A DNA stretch of 64,000 nucleotides from Cytophagaceae bacterium. GTDB lineage: Bacteria; Bacteroidota; Bacteroidia; Cytophagales; Cytophagaceae. Below, in pieces: positions 1-7,880 of this stretch; position 1 is the first letter of the stretch, and every line of letters begins with the position of its first letter. The notes beneath the pieces were generated by a model, which saw only the letters and a program-made list of their open reading frames with translations, had not been told where the DNA came from and did no database searches. The position numbers and the translations under genes are program-made. The stretch spans positions 10,746 through 74,745 of the forward strand of contig JAGKWN010000001.1 of NCBI GenBank assembly GCA_021151805.1. Direction: 5' to 3'.

Positions 1-79
1 TGAACAATGCAAAGGTAATAAATATTGCCCTTGTTTCTGTCCTGATAACAGAAAATCAGACCAATTGGTTTGATTTCGG

Positions 80-838
80 CTATTTTCTGCCTCCGTAAAA
101 AATGATCAGGTATATAGAGCTGAAAAATTGATTGTTATGGAAAGATGAACCGTAAGAAGCAGGAGCTTCCATCATGACCATTTTCTTCGTAAATGCCTCA
201 AACAGGAATCCTACTTCCAATCCGGTCACTTTATTGCTGAAATGGCCATATTCAAAACTGAAGCCTGTGCGCAAGTGGATACCCGGAACAATTTTAGACT
301 GTCCCAAGCCGGTTGTATAGCCCGAAGAGTTGATCACTAAATTGATATCCGGTGTTTCAACCGGATCGTAAGGAACCAAAACCGTTTCAGTGCCTTGCTG
401 GTATTGAATAAAATAAGGTGTAAGTACACCGAAGGAAAGGCCGGCGTTTAATATAAAATCCAGTTGTACGCCATCTTCATTCCCTTTATGGAACAGAACA
501 AATTCACGGCCGTAGGTTGGTCGTAAAACAACGAGGTGATTTTTTTTATAGGCAATGAATGTACCGCCGCTTTGCTGGCTGGCATATCTGATTTCTTTCG
601 GGTGTTTTACAATACCTACTTCAAAACCAAAATTGTGGAACTGATTTTTTTTCTCATATAGCTGGCGCGAATAACGCAGCATGAACCCACCTATTAAACC
701 GCCGTTTGTATTGAAATTTACACCTGCAAGGAATTCCTTTTCGTAATCAATCCGTCCTTCGCTCTCAGCACTTTGAGCAAAGGCGGGAAGCTGTAACAAG
801 GCAAATAGTATAAGAAAACAAGTGTTTTTTAATTTCAT
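80..838 (-). CDS. hypothetical secreted / outer-membrane protein
   Basis: 252-aa ORF. N-terminus MKLKNTCFLILFALLQLPAFAQS looks like a Sec signal peptide. Gly/Tyr/Phe-rich alternating pattern suggests a small beta-barrel. No family recognised. Confidence 0.5.
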   Translation of the reverse strand: MKLKNTCFLILFALLQLPAFAQSAESEGRIDYEKEFLAGVNFNTNGGLIGGFMLRYSRQLYEKKNQFHNFGFEVGIVKHPKEIRYASQQSGGTFIAYKKNHLVVLRPTYGREFVLFHKGNEDGVQLDFILNAGLSFGVLTPYFIQYQQGTETVLVPYDPVETPDINLVINSSGYTTGLGQSKIVPGIHLRTGFSFEYGHFSNKVTGLEVGFLFEAFTKKMVMMEAPASYGSSFHNNQFFSSIYLIIFYGGRK

Positions 839-895
839 AAATAGAGACTTCCCTTAAATTTAGTAATTTTCCTAACAACGCTAAAATTATTCTTT

Positions 896-1306
896 ATGTA
901 TCAAATGACCGCAGAATATGTCGGAAACCTTCGGACGACCGGTAAACATTTAAAATCGGGTAATACCATCGTTACAGATCCACCGGTAGACAATAACGGA
1001 AAAGGGGAAGCATATTCGCCTACAGACCTTGTCGCTGCTTCTTTATGCAGTTGTATGATGACCATTATGGGGATCGTTGCCAAACGGGACGATATACCTC
1101 TGACGTCCCTGACGGCGACAATCGAAAAAATAATGAGTGCTGAACCGCCGAGGAAAATTGCCAAAATTAAAATTGACTTTACTTACCCGAACCCCGAAGT
1201 ATTAACGGCTAAACAAGCTGAAATACTGAAACGTGCCGCTCATACGTGCCCGGTGGCATTAAGCCTCCATCCGGATATTGTACAGGAAACAACGTTTAAC
1301 TTTTAA
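896..1306 (+). CDS. OsmC/Ohr family peroxiredoxin-like protein
   Basis: 136 aa. The paired Cys regions DLVAASLCSCMMT and AAHTCPV are typical of the OsmC fold. Confidence 0.8.
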   Translation: MYQMTAEYVGNLRTTGKHLKSGNTIVTDPPVDNNGKGEAYSPTDLVAASLCSCMMTIMGIVAKRDDIPLTSLTATIEKIMSAEPPRKIAKIKIDFTYPNPEVLTAKQAEILKRAAHTCPVALSLHPDIVQETTFNF

Positions 1307-1314
1307 TTAGTTGC

Positions 1315-1436
1315 TAGTTACTAGCTTCTAGGTACTAGACAAATAAAAAAGATCAGTAATATAGAAAAGAGAGCATTGGCAATCCGTTTGCCAATGCTCT
1401 CTTTTCTATTATCTAGTACCTAGAACCTAGTAACTA
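1315..1436. repeat. nested palindrome: CTAG-rich outer arms enclosing a perfect 22-bp hairpin
   Basis: Outer arms 1315-1339 (tagttactagcttctaggtactaga) and 1412-1436 (tctagtacctagaacctagtaacta) are reverse complements with one mismatch. They fill the gap between the convergent OsmC and YtxJ genes. Confidence 0.85.
1361..1409. terminator. bidirectional hairpin terminator candidate
   Basis: atagaaaagagagcattggcaa (1361-1382), loop tccgt, ttgccaatgctctcttttctat (1388-1409). This is a perfect 22-bp stem between convergent genes. There is no clean U-run, but the flanks are A/T-rich. Confidence 0.6.
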
Positions 1437-1778
1437 ATTACTGGCAACTACTTTCTTTATCGAATCATACTGAATATCATAATGCGAAGCATCCCACACA
1501 CTCTTTCCATGATGAATCAAAATTGCCTGCGGAGATTCGTGCTCTACATGGAACAATTGCGCGATCTGAGAAGAGATAGACCTGTATGCGATCAGGTCTA
1601 AATAAAACGTTTTAATCCCGGGCATTTCTGCTTCGCTCCAGCTTCTTTCCAGTCTGTTCAATGACATGGAACTGATGGAACAGCGTGTGCTATGTTTGAA
1701 GATCATAACCGGAGCCTTTTCAGACTCGGTTATGATTTCCTGTAATTGTTCTTCAGAAGTTAATGCTGTCCAGTTCAT
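1434..1778 (-). CDS. ytxJ: YtxJ-type monothiol thioredoxin-like protein (bacillithiol-system redox protein family)
   Basis: 114 aa. FKHSTRCSIS matches the YtxJ T-x-C-x-I-S single-Cys motif, and the size fits. Its start overlaps the upstream gene's stop (ATGA at 1775-1778). Confidence 0.7.
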   Translation of the reverse strand: MNWTALTSEEQLQEIITESEKAPVMIFKHSTRCSISSMSLNRLERSWSEAEMPGIKTFYLDLIAYRSISSQIAQLFHVEHESPQAILIHHGKSVWDASHYDIQYDSIKKVVASN

Positions 1779-2728
1779 TGCTTTGGTTGTAAGTTCCAGA
1801 TTTCGGCCTCACGTTTGTCGTATCGCGGCGTGCTGTTTTTCTGTTTTTGCCAGTTAGCATCTTCCAGACCTTCAGTCTTGCCGTATTTCTTAAGCATTTT
1901 CTTACGGTATTTCTCTTTTGCCTCGTAAGAGTTTTTAACCTTGCCGCCTTGGTATACAGAGCTCGGGTGCATGCCTTTCTTAACGCGTTTAACAACAAGA
2001 TCGCCTCTGTAGTTGGCAATATCTTTCGCTTTTTTGCGCGTACGTTTTGCACGTGCATTAAGCGTACGCACCAGGATATCGCCTTTGTAAGAGGATACCT
2101 GTCTGTTTTTCTCTTCACGCATTTTAGAGCGCTTCTCCAGGAAATTATTGCCGATATCACCGGAATATTTAGCACGCTGCTTTTCCTGCTTTCTATCCAT
2201 CTCTCTTACCAATACGGTAGAGCCAGAATTCAACGGACCGTGAGAATTTGATTCTGCAGGTACAATATCGCCCTGGTATTTGCTCATCTGTTTGGATTGC
2301 TTGCGCTGAGGCCTTTCATCAACAACAACAGTATTGTCGTAATGCGGAGGCTTTACACCAGTCTTATTTGAAACAACAATATCGCCGGTGCTGGTTCCCA
2401 TCTGGCGTTGCTTCTTTTGTACGTTCGTGCCTTTGTTGGCTTCTGCCAGGGCCTGGTTATTCTTAGGCCCGCCTGAGTGAGAAGCAGTGGCTTGCTTCGT
2501 AGTCATCGTACCCTGGGACTGGCCCATGTTTTTTTGATTCTTATGAATATCGGTTGATTTCGATTTCTTGACTTTAATATTACCCTGAGAAGAACTCATT
2601 TCCTTCTGTTTCTTCTGAATATTAACAGTTCCTCCCTCAGAGCCTGTTTGACTATAGCTCTGAAATGACAAAAGCATCATAAAGATGCATGTCGAAAGAA
2701 GTAAAAATTGAAAGGTTTTTTTTCCCAT
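1775..2728 (-). CDS. secreted, highly basic repeat protein (unknown family)
   Basis: 317 aa. Signal peptide MGKKTFQFLLLSTCIFMMLLSFQSYSQ. About 7-8 modules, each a K/R/Q-rich stretch followed by (S/Y)xG(D/N/T)(I/L/M), for example KYQGDIV, KYSGDIG, SYKGDILV, NYRGDLVV. Confidence 0.6.
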   Translation of the reverse strand: MGKKTFQFLLLSTCIFMMLLSFQSYSQTGSEGGTVNIQKKQKEMSSSQGNIKVKKSKSTDIHKNQKNMGQSQGTMTTKQATASHSGGPKNNQALAEANKGTNVQKKQRQMGTSTGDIVVSNKTGVKPPHYDNTVVVDERPQRKQSKQMSKYQGDIVPAESNSHGPLNSGSTVLVREMDRKQEKQRAKYSGDIGNNFLEKRSKMREEKNRQVSSYKGDILVRTLNARAKRTRKKAKDIANYRGDLVVKRVKKGMHPSSVYQGGKVKNSYEAKEKYRKKMLKKYGKTEGLEDANWQKQKNSTPRYDKREAEIWNLQPKQ

Positions 2729-2739
2729 GAAGAATATCT

Positions 2740-3003
2740 TTAAACGCGTTTGCGACCTTTTGTCTTAAGCTGTTTCGGATTTTTCTTGTTGATCAATCCG
2801 TTGTCTACATTGAAACGACCGTTTGTATTGGTCTTCTTTTTCTTTTTTGAATCCGTTTTTAATGCTCCGTTTTCATCAAACTGACTTATATCTGCTTCGT
2901 TACTCATCCCCAAACCCGGACAAGGATAAGAAGAATGTTTGTTACACGATGTTGTGCTGAACACAATGAATAAAGCAATCAATGGAATTAAGATGTATCT
3001 CAT
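2740..3003 (-). CDS. small probable lipoprotein, Lys-rich
   Basis: 87 aa. MRYILIPLIALFIVFSTTSC is a signal peptide ending in Cys. The C-terminal half is very basic (KKKKK, KTKGRKRV). It lies 11 nt (2729-2739) upstream of the repeat protein. Confidence 0.5.
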   Translation of the reverse strand: MRYILIPLIALFIVFSTTSCNKHSSYPCPGLGMSNEADISQFDENGALKTDSKKKKKTNTNGRFNVDNGLINKKNPKQLKTKGRKRV

Positions 3004-3076
3004 AGTCTTATTTGTAGTAAGGTAAATCTAAGTATTTTACAAAGTATTTACAATCGAATCCTATACTTAAACGGGA

Positions 3077-5098
3077 TTAGTAGTATTGAAGTTCCTTCAA
3101 TTTGTCCTGAATCCGCCTGATCGGAAGAAAATTATCTTCCAGTGCTTTGGCGAAAGGAACGGCCGTATCCAGGCTGCCCACACGCATAACGGGCGCATCC
3201 AGGTGTTCAAATGCGTTTTCGCTGATCCAGGCTGCTATTTCAGCCGAAATAGAACCTGTCAGTGTATCTTCATTGATCACTAAAACCCTGCCGGTTTTTA
3301 ATACACTTTTTAGAACTGTTTCCTTATCCCAGGGCAACAAACTTCTCAGGTCAATAATATCCGCAGAAGCAGCTTCTTTTTTCACGGCCTCTTTTGCCCA
3401 CCATACAGCATTGCCATATGCAACAATTGTCAGGTCATCACCTTCTTCAACAACCAACGCTTCACCGATGGGTACCGTATAGTAATCGTCCGGAATCTGA
3501 GCGCTGATGGAGCGGTATAAGGCTTTATGTTCAAAATACAGAACGGGATTTGGATCTTCAATAGCTGCCAATAGCAGGCCTTTCGCATCATATGGGTTTG
3601 ATGGATAAACAATTTTCAGACCAGGTGTATGGAAGAACCAGGCTTCATTAGACTGAGAATGGAAAGGACCGCCGCTGGTACCGGCACCCGTAGGCATACG
3701 GATAACCACATCGGCTTTCTGTTCCCAACGATAGTGGGATTTCGCAAGGTTGTTTACCACCTGATTAAAACCACTGGTAACGAAATCGGCAAATTGCATT
3801 TCGATCACCGACTTGTAATCTTTTACGGCAAGCCCCAAGCCGGCACCAATAATTGCTGATTCACACAAAGGCGTATTACGTACACGTTCTTTGCTGAAAC
3901 GCTCCACCAGACCTTCTGTAACTTTGAATACACCGCCGTATTCAGCAATATCCTGGCCCATCTGGATCAGCCGCGGAAATTTTTCCATGCCAAGTCTCAA
4001 GCCGTCGCTGATCGCGTCAATAAAACGTTTTTCACTGCTTAAGGTTGTTCTTGGGCGTATCTTCATATGCACATAAGGCGCATACATATCTTCTTCCTCA
4101 ATAGAACTATCGGCCACAGGCTCCTTTTCGTTATCTGTATACGTCCAGGCTTCTTCGATGGAGCTCTTGATTTTTTCTTTAATATCTTCGATTTCGTGAA
4201 TAGTAATCATTCCCTCATCCAGCAGGTAGCGCTCGAAATTTTCTACCGGATCTTTCTTTGCCCAGGCTGCAAACAATTCCTCGGGAATATATTTGGTCCC
4301 TGAAGCTTCTTCATGACCACGCATGCGGAAGGTAATGGCCTCAACCAATACCGGTCTGGATTCGCGGCGAACGTATTCAGCCAGCTCACGGATTTTTGTA
4401 TAAACTTCTAAAATATTATTGCCATCGATGGTATGGGTTTCAATGGCATAGGCTGGTCCTTTTTCTTTAAAGCTTTTTATGCGGAACTGCTCTTCCAGCG
4501 GGGTAGATAGACCGTAGCCATTATTCTCAACCAGAAAAATTACCGGCAGATCCCACACCGAAGCCAGGTTCAGGGCTTCATGGAAATCACCTTCGCTGGT
4601 ACCGCCATCACCTGTGAAAACAAGGGTGGCACGTTTGCTGCGGGAAAGTTTCTCCGCCAATGCAATCCCATCGGCAACAGCCATCTGTGGGCCAAGGTGA
4701 GAGATCATTCCAACAATATGATGTTCTTTACTGCCGAAATGGAAGGAACGGTCACGACCTTTGGTAAAACCGGAAGGTTTACCCTGAAACTGAGAGAACA
4801 AGCGATGCAATGGAATGCCGCGGCTGGTGAAAATACCCAGGTTTCTATGCAGAGGTAAAATATATTCTTCTTTTTCAAGCGCACAACCAACTCCTACAGA
4901 AATCGCTTCCTGACCAATCCCTGAAAACCATTTGGAGATTTTTCCCTGACGAAGAAGGAACAACATCTTTTCTTCGATCATTCTGGGCTTCAAAAGCTCT
5001 TTGTATAAGCGGATCAGTGTGTCCTGATCAATATTTTTTCGGTCAAATGATATCATAAAGTCGTTTATCGCTTTTAAAGACGAACCGCATCCTTTCAC
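3077..5098 (-). CDS. 2-oxoacid (branched-chain/pyruvate type) dehydrogenase E1 component, fused alpha-beta subunits
   Basis: 673 aa. The N-terminal half has the TPP motif GDGGTSEGDFHEALN...ENNGYG (E1 alpha). The C-terminal half, GQDIAEYGGVFKVTEGL...PLCE, resembles E1 beta/transketolase. The true start may be the internal MISFDRKN. Confidence 0.85.
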   Translation of the reverse strand: MKGCGSSLKAINDFMISFDRKNIDQDTLIRLYKELLKPRMIEEKMLFLLRQGKISKWFSGIGQEAISVGVGCALEKEEYILPLHRNLGIFTSRGIPLHRLFSQFQGKPSGFTKGRDRSFHFGSKEHHIVGMISHLGPQMAVADGIALAEKLSRSKRATLVFTGDGGTSEGDFHEALNLASVWDLPVIFLVENNGYGLSTPLEEQFRIKSFKEKGPAYAIETHTIDGNNILEVYTKIRELAEYVRRESRPVLVEAITFRMRGHEEASGTKYIPEELFAAWAKKDPVENFERYLLDEGMITIHEIEDIKEKIKSSIEEAWTYTDNEKEPVADSSIEEEDMYAPYVHMKIRPRTTLSSEKRFIDAISDGLRLGMEKFPRLIQMGQDIAEYGGVFKVTEGLVERFSKERVRNTPLCESAIIGAGLGLAVKDYKSVIEMQFADFVTSGFNQVVNNLAKSHYRWEQKADVVIRMPTGAGTSGGPFHSQSNEAWFFHTPGLKIVYPSNPYDAKGLLLAAIEDPNPVLYFEHKALYRSISAQIPDDYYTVPIGEALVVEEGDDLTIVAYGNAVWWAKEAVKKEAASADIIDLRSLLPWDKETVLKSVLKTGRVLVINEDTLTGSISAEIAAWISENAFEHLDAPVMRVGSLDTAVPFAKALEDNFLPIRRIQDKLKELQYY

Positions 5099-5194
5099 AA
5101 AATAAAAGAATATTTAGGCTTGGTGTAAAGCTTTTAGCAAATAAGGTATAAAAATACAGCTTCTGTTTCTATTTTTGTTCAAAATGAATTTGAA

Positions 5195-6433
5195 ATGATT
5201 AAATATTCTTCTTTTGTATTAGATAATGGGTTGAAAGTTTTCGTGCATGAAGACCACACAACCTCAATGGCTGCACTGAACATATTGTATGATGTAGGTT
5301 CAAAAGATGAAGTGATCACCAAGACAGGTTTCGCACACCTCTTTGAACATTTGATGTTTGGAGGCTCAAAAAATATTGAATCATACGACAAGGCACTTCA
5401 AAAGGCAGGCGGGGAGAATAATGCTTTTACTTCGCCGGATATCACCAACTATTACATCACCATTCCTGCAAATAATATTGAAACAGCTTTCTGGCTGGAG
5501 AGCGACCGGATGATGGCGCTTTCGTTCGACCCGAAAGTACTGGAAGTGCAGCGTAGTGTGGTTATTGAAGAGTTTAAACAACGCTACCTGAACCAACCGT
5601 ATGGAGATGTATGGTTGAAACTTCGTCCGCTTGCATACAAGCAGCACTCGTATCAGTGGGCAACGATCGGGAAAGAAATTGCTCATATCGAAGATGCAAC
5701 GATGGATGATGTGCGTGACTTCTTTTATTCTTACTACCTGCCGAATAATGCATACATGGTAGTAGCAGGTAATGTAACGCTGGAACAGGTAAAGGTGCTT
5801 TCTGAAAAATGGTTTGGTCCGATACCTTCCGGTACGCGCAGAAAACGTTCAATACCTGTTGAACCAAAACAAACGGCAGCACGATTTGAAGAAGCAAGCG
5901 CGAAAGTTCCTTTGGATGCCTTGTACAAAACCTATCACATGGGTGGTAAACTATCACCGGATTTTTACCCGACAGATTTGTTGAGTGATATACTGGGAAG
6001 AGGCAAGTCATCCCGCCTGTATGATAAACTGGTGCAGGAGAAAAAAATATTTACATCACTCAATGCATATGTGCTGAGCTCCGTGGATCCGGGCTTGATG
6101 GTAATTGATGGCAAACTTTCCAAAGGTGTACAGCTGAAAGATGCAAACCAGGAAGTAGAAGAATTGATCGCTAAGATTTCGCAGGAAGCATTTTCTGAAA
6201 AAGAATTGAACAAAGTAAAAAACCAGGCAGAATCAACATTGTTGTTTGGTGAAGTTGAAGTATTGAACCGGGCGATGAATCTGGCGTATGCTGCGATGCT
6301 GGGCAATCCTGAACTGGTAAATATGGAAGCAGATAAAATACAAAAAGTTACTCCGGAAGATATTTCCCGTGTAGCGAAATCTGTACTGACTACCGAAAAC
6401 TGTTCAACGTTGTTTTATAAGTCTGTAGAATAA
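5195..6433 (+). CDS. M16 family (pitrilysin/insulinase-like) zinc peptidase
   Basis: 412 aa. Inverted zinc motif HxxEH is present as HLFEHLMF, and a downstream Glu region sits in the expected place. Confidence 0.85.
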   Translation: MIKYSSFVLDNGLKVFVHEDHTTSMAALNILYDVGSKDEVITKTGFAHLFEHLMFGGSKNIESYDKALQKAGGENNAFTSPDITNYYITIPANNIETAFWLESDRMMALSFDPKVLEVQRSVVIEEFKQRYLNQPYGDVWLKLRPLAYKQHSYQWATIGKEIAHIEDATMDDVRDFFYSYYLPNNAYMVVAGNVTLEQVKVLSEKWFGPIPSGTRRKRSIPVEPKQTAARFEEASAKVPLDALYKTYHMGGKLSPDFYPTDLLSDILGRGKSSRLYDKLVQEKKIFTSLNAYVLSSVDPGLMVIDGKLSKGVQLKDANQEVEELIAKISQEAFSEKELNKVKNQAESTLLFGEVEVLNRAMNLAYAAMLGNPELVNMEADKIQKVTPEDISRVAKSVLTTENCSTLFYKSVE

Positions 6434-6452
6434 TTATTTTACTACAAAATTT

Positions 6453-6596
6453 AACCGCAAGAGACGCAAAGTTATTACGCAAGGAGCGCAGGAAATAATT
6501 CTAGAATAATAGATCTTTCAGTTTGTTGTTTTGGCACCAGAATGTTTAAGTTTTTATTTGTTGGGTTCTTTGCGAAATCTTAGCGCCCTTTGCGGT
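6453..6596. repeat. inverted clusters of CGCAA(A/G)G heptamers
   Basis: Forward copies ccgcaagag, acgcaaag, acgcaagg and gcgcagg lie at 6455-6492. Reverse copies ctttgcg and cctttgcgg lie at 6568-6595. Confidence 0.5.
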
Positions 6597-6614
6597 AAAT
6601 AAAAAATATACTCC

Positions 6615-7097
6615 ATGAAAATTAAAGTAGGCTTCGGCTACGACGTACACCCTTTAAAAGAAGGCCGCCCTATGTGGTTGGGAGGTGTGCAACTTGAATA
6701 TACAAAAGGCCCTGACGGTCATTCTGATGCCGATGTATTAATTCATGCTATCTGCGACGCCATTTTAGGTGCTGCCAATATGCGCGACATCGGATTTCAT
6801 TTTTCAAATACCGATGCGAGATGGAAAGGTGTGGATTCTAAAATACTTTTGAAAGAAGTATGCCGTATGGTCCGTGAAAAAGGCTGGGAGATCAGCAATG
6901 TAGATGCATCGCTGGCATTGGAAAAGCCGAAGATCAATCCGCATATTGAACGCATGCAGCAAGCCTTGTCAGAAGCCATGAGCATTTCCATCGAAGACAT
7001 TTCCATCAAAGCAACAACGAATGAAAAGCTTGGCTATGTAGGCAGAGAAGAAGGGGTGAATGCGTATGCAGTAGCGTTAATAGTTTCTAGCTGTTAG
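6615..7097 (+). CDS. ispF: 2-C-methyl-D-erythritol 2,4-cyclodiphosphate synthase
   Basis: 160 aa. GFGYDVHPL...GHSDADVLIHAICDAILGA is the classical IspF signature. Confidence 0.93.
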   Translation: MKIKVGFGYDVHPLKEGRPMWLGGVQLEYTKGPDGHSDADVLIHAICDAILGAANMRDIGFHFSNTDARWKGVDSKILLKEVCRMVREKGWEISNVDASLALEKPKINPHIERMQQALSEAMSISIEDISIKATTNEKLGYVGREEGVNAYAVALIVSSC

Positions 7098-7136
7098 GTG
7101 CGAGTTACTAGACTTTATCGTTTACTTAGCAGTTGT

Positions 7137-7172
7137 CGCTTTCCGTGGATTGTGGCACAAAGACCACCAACA
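7137..7172. repeat. REP-like hairpin repeat, copy a (degenerate)
   Basis: cgctttccgtggattgtggcacaaagaccaccaaca. It shares the ctttccgtgg...gcaca.agaccacc core with copies b and c. Confidence 0.7.
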
Positions 7173-7180
7173 AATCTCAA

Positions 7181-7266
7181 CATTTCATATCTCAACACGT
7201 TGTACTCCGTACTCAATACTCTGTACTTTTCTCGTCTAGGAACTAGAACCTAGCAGCTCGAAACTA
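7181..7266. repeat. 86-bp direct repeat, copy A
   Basis: catttcatatctcaacacgttgtactccgtactcaatactctgtactttt...ctaggaactagaacctagcagctcgaaacta is near-identical to 8424-8509. Confidence 0.85.
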
Positions 7267-7322
7267 CTCCATTCACTCCATGTCAGCGTAATCAACATCA
7301 TACTTAACCACGAATCAACCCG

Positions 7323-7418
7323 CTGTTGTGCCAACGGCCAACAGCTCGCTTCTTTATCCTAACCAACTAAATCTTTGACATCATAGAGTAGAGGCTTGTT
7401 GGCCGCTGGCACAACAAG
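7323..7418. repeat. pair of related palindromic hairpins
   Basis: ctgttgtgccaacggccaacag (7323-7344) and cttgttggccgctggcacaacaag (7395-7418). Each is self-complementary, and each is the reverse complement of the other. Confidence 0.75.
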
Positions 7419-7450
7419 AGGTGAAAATTTGTTCAGCATGCTGGTTTTAA

Positions 7451-7488
7451 CCCCGCTTTCCGTGGTCTGTCGCACACAGACCACCTGC
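7451..7488. repeat. REP-like hairpin repeat, copy b
   Basis: ccccgctttccgtggtctgtcgcacacagaccacctg. 9-bp stem gtggtctgt/acagaccac. Confidence 0.8.
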
Positions 7489-7670
7489 AAGTCAGCTGTT
7501 CGTTATATTCTTCAATGTTTTTCAAAAACAAGATTTAACTGGCATTTGAATTTGTTTTTATAGAACTTTGCATGTGTAAAACGATCGCAGATCTTATTTT
7601 TAACCGTCAGCATAGGTATTTTCACCAGCCGGAATAATAAAAGTTCCCTGGCTGAGCAACAAAAAAATAG

Positions 7671-7725
7671 GTTCACCCATAGTTCAGCCGTACTTCAGCC
7701 GCAGTTCACCCGTAGTTCACCCGTA
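7671..7725. repeat. five tandem 11-bp units GTTCASCCGYA
   Basis: The units are gttcacccata, gttcagccgta, cttcagccgca, gttcacccgta and gttcacccgta, head to tail. Confidence 0.85.
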
Positions 7726-7834
7726 TATATACCCCACCAATACCATATCAGTGCCATGCCTGCAGCATAACAACAGCAACAAGCAATCCACCAGCTCACA
7801 TCAATGTCCCCATCGAATAAGTGATTTCTAATCC

Positions 7835-7870
7835 CTCTTTCCGTGGTCTGTGGCACACAGACCACCAACA
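7835..7870. repeat. REP-like hairpin repeat, copy c
   Basis: ctctttccgtggtctgtggcacacagaccaccaaca. Perfect 10-bp stem gtggtctgtg/cacagaccac with loop gca. Confidence 0.85.
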
Positions 7871-7880
7871 TCTCAAAGAG

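Noticed and set aside
1753-2251. 140-aa (minus strand) and 134-aa (plus strand) ORFs overlapping the basic repeat protein gene.
   Set aside because: These are alternative-frame or antisense readings of a Lys/Arg/Gln-codon-rich repeat gene. The 317-aa frame has a signal peptide and periodic repeats, and it is translationally coupled to ytxJ.
7671-7725. Possible CRISPR array.
   Set aside because: The units are 11 bp and directly abutting, with no spacers, and no cas genes are present. This is a simple tandem repeat.
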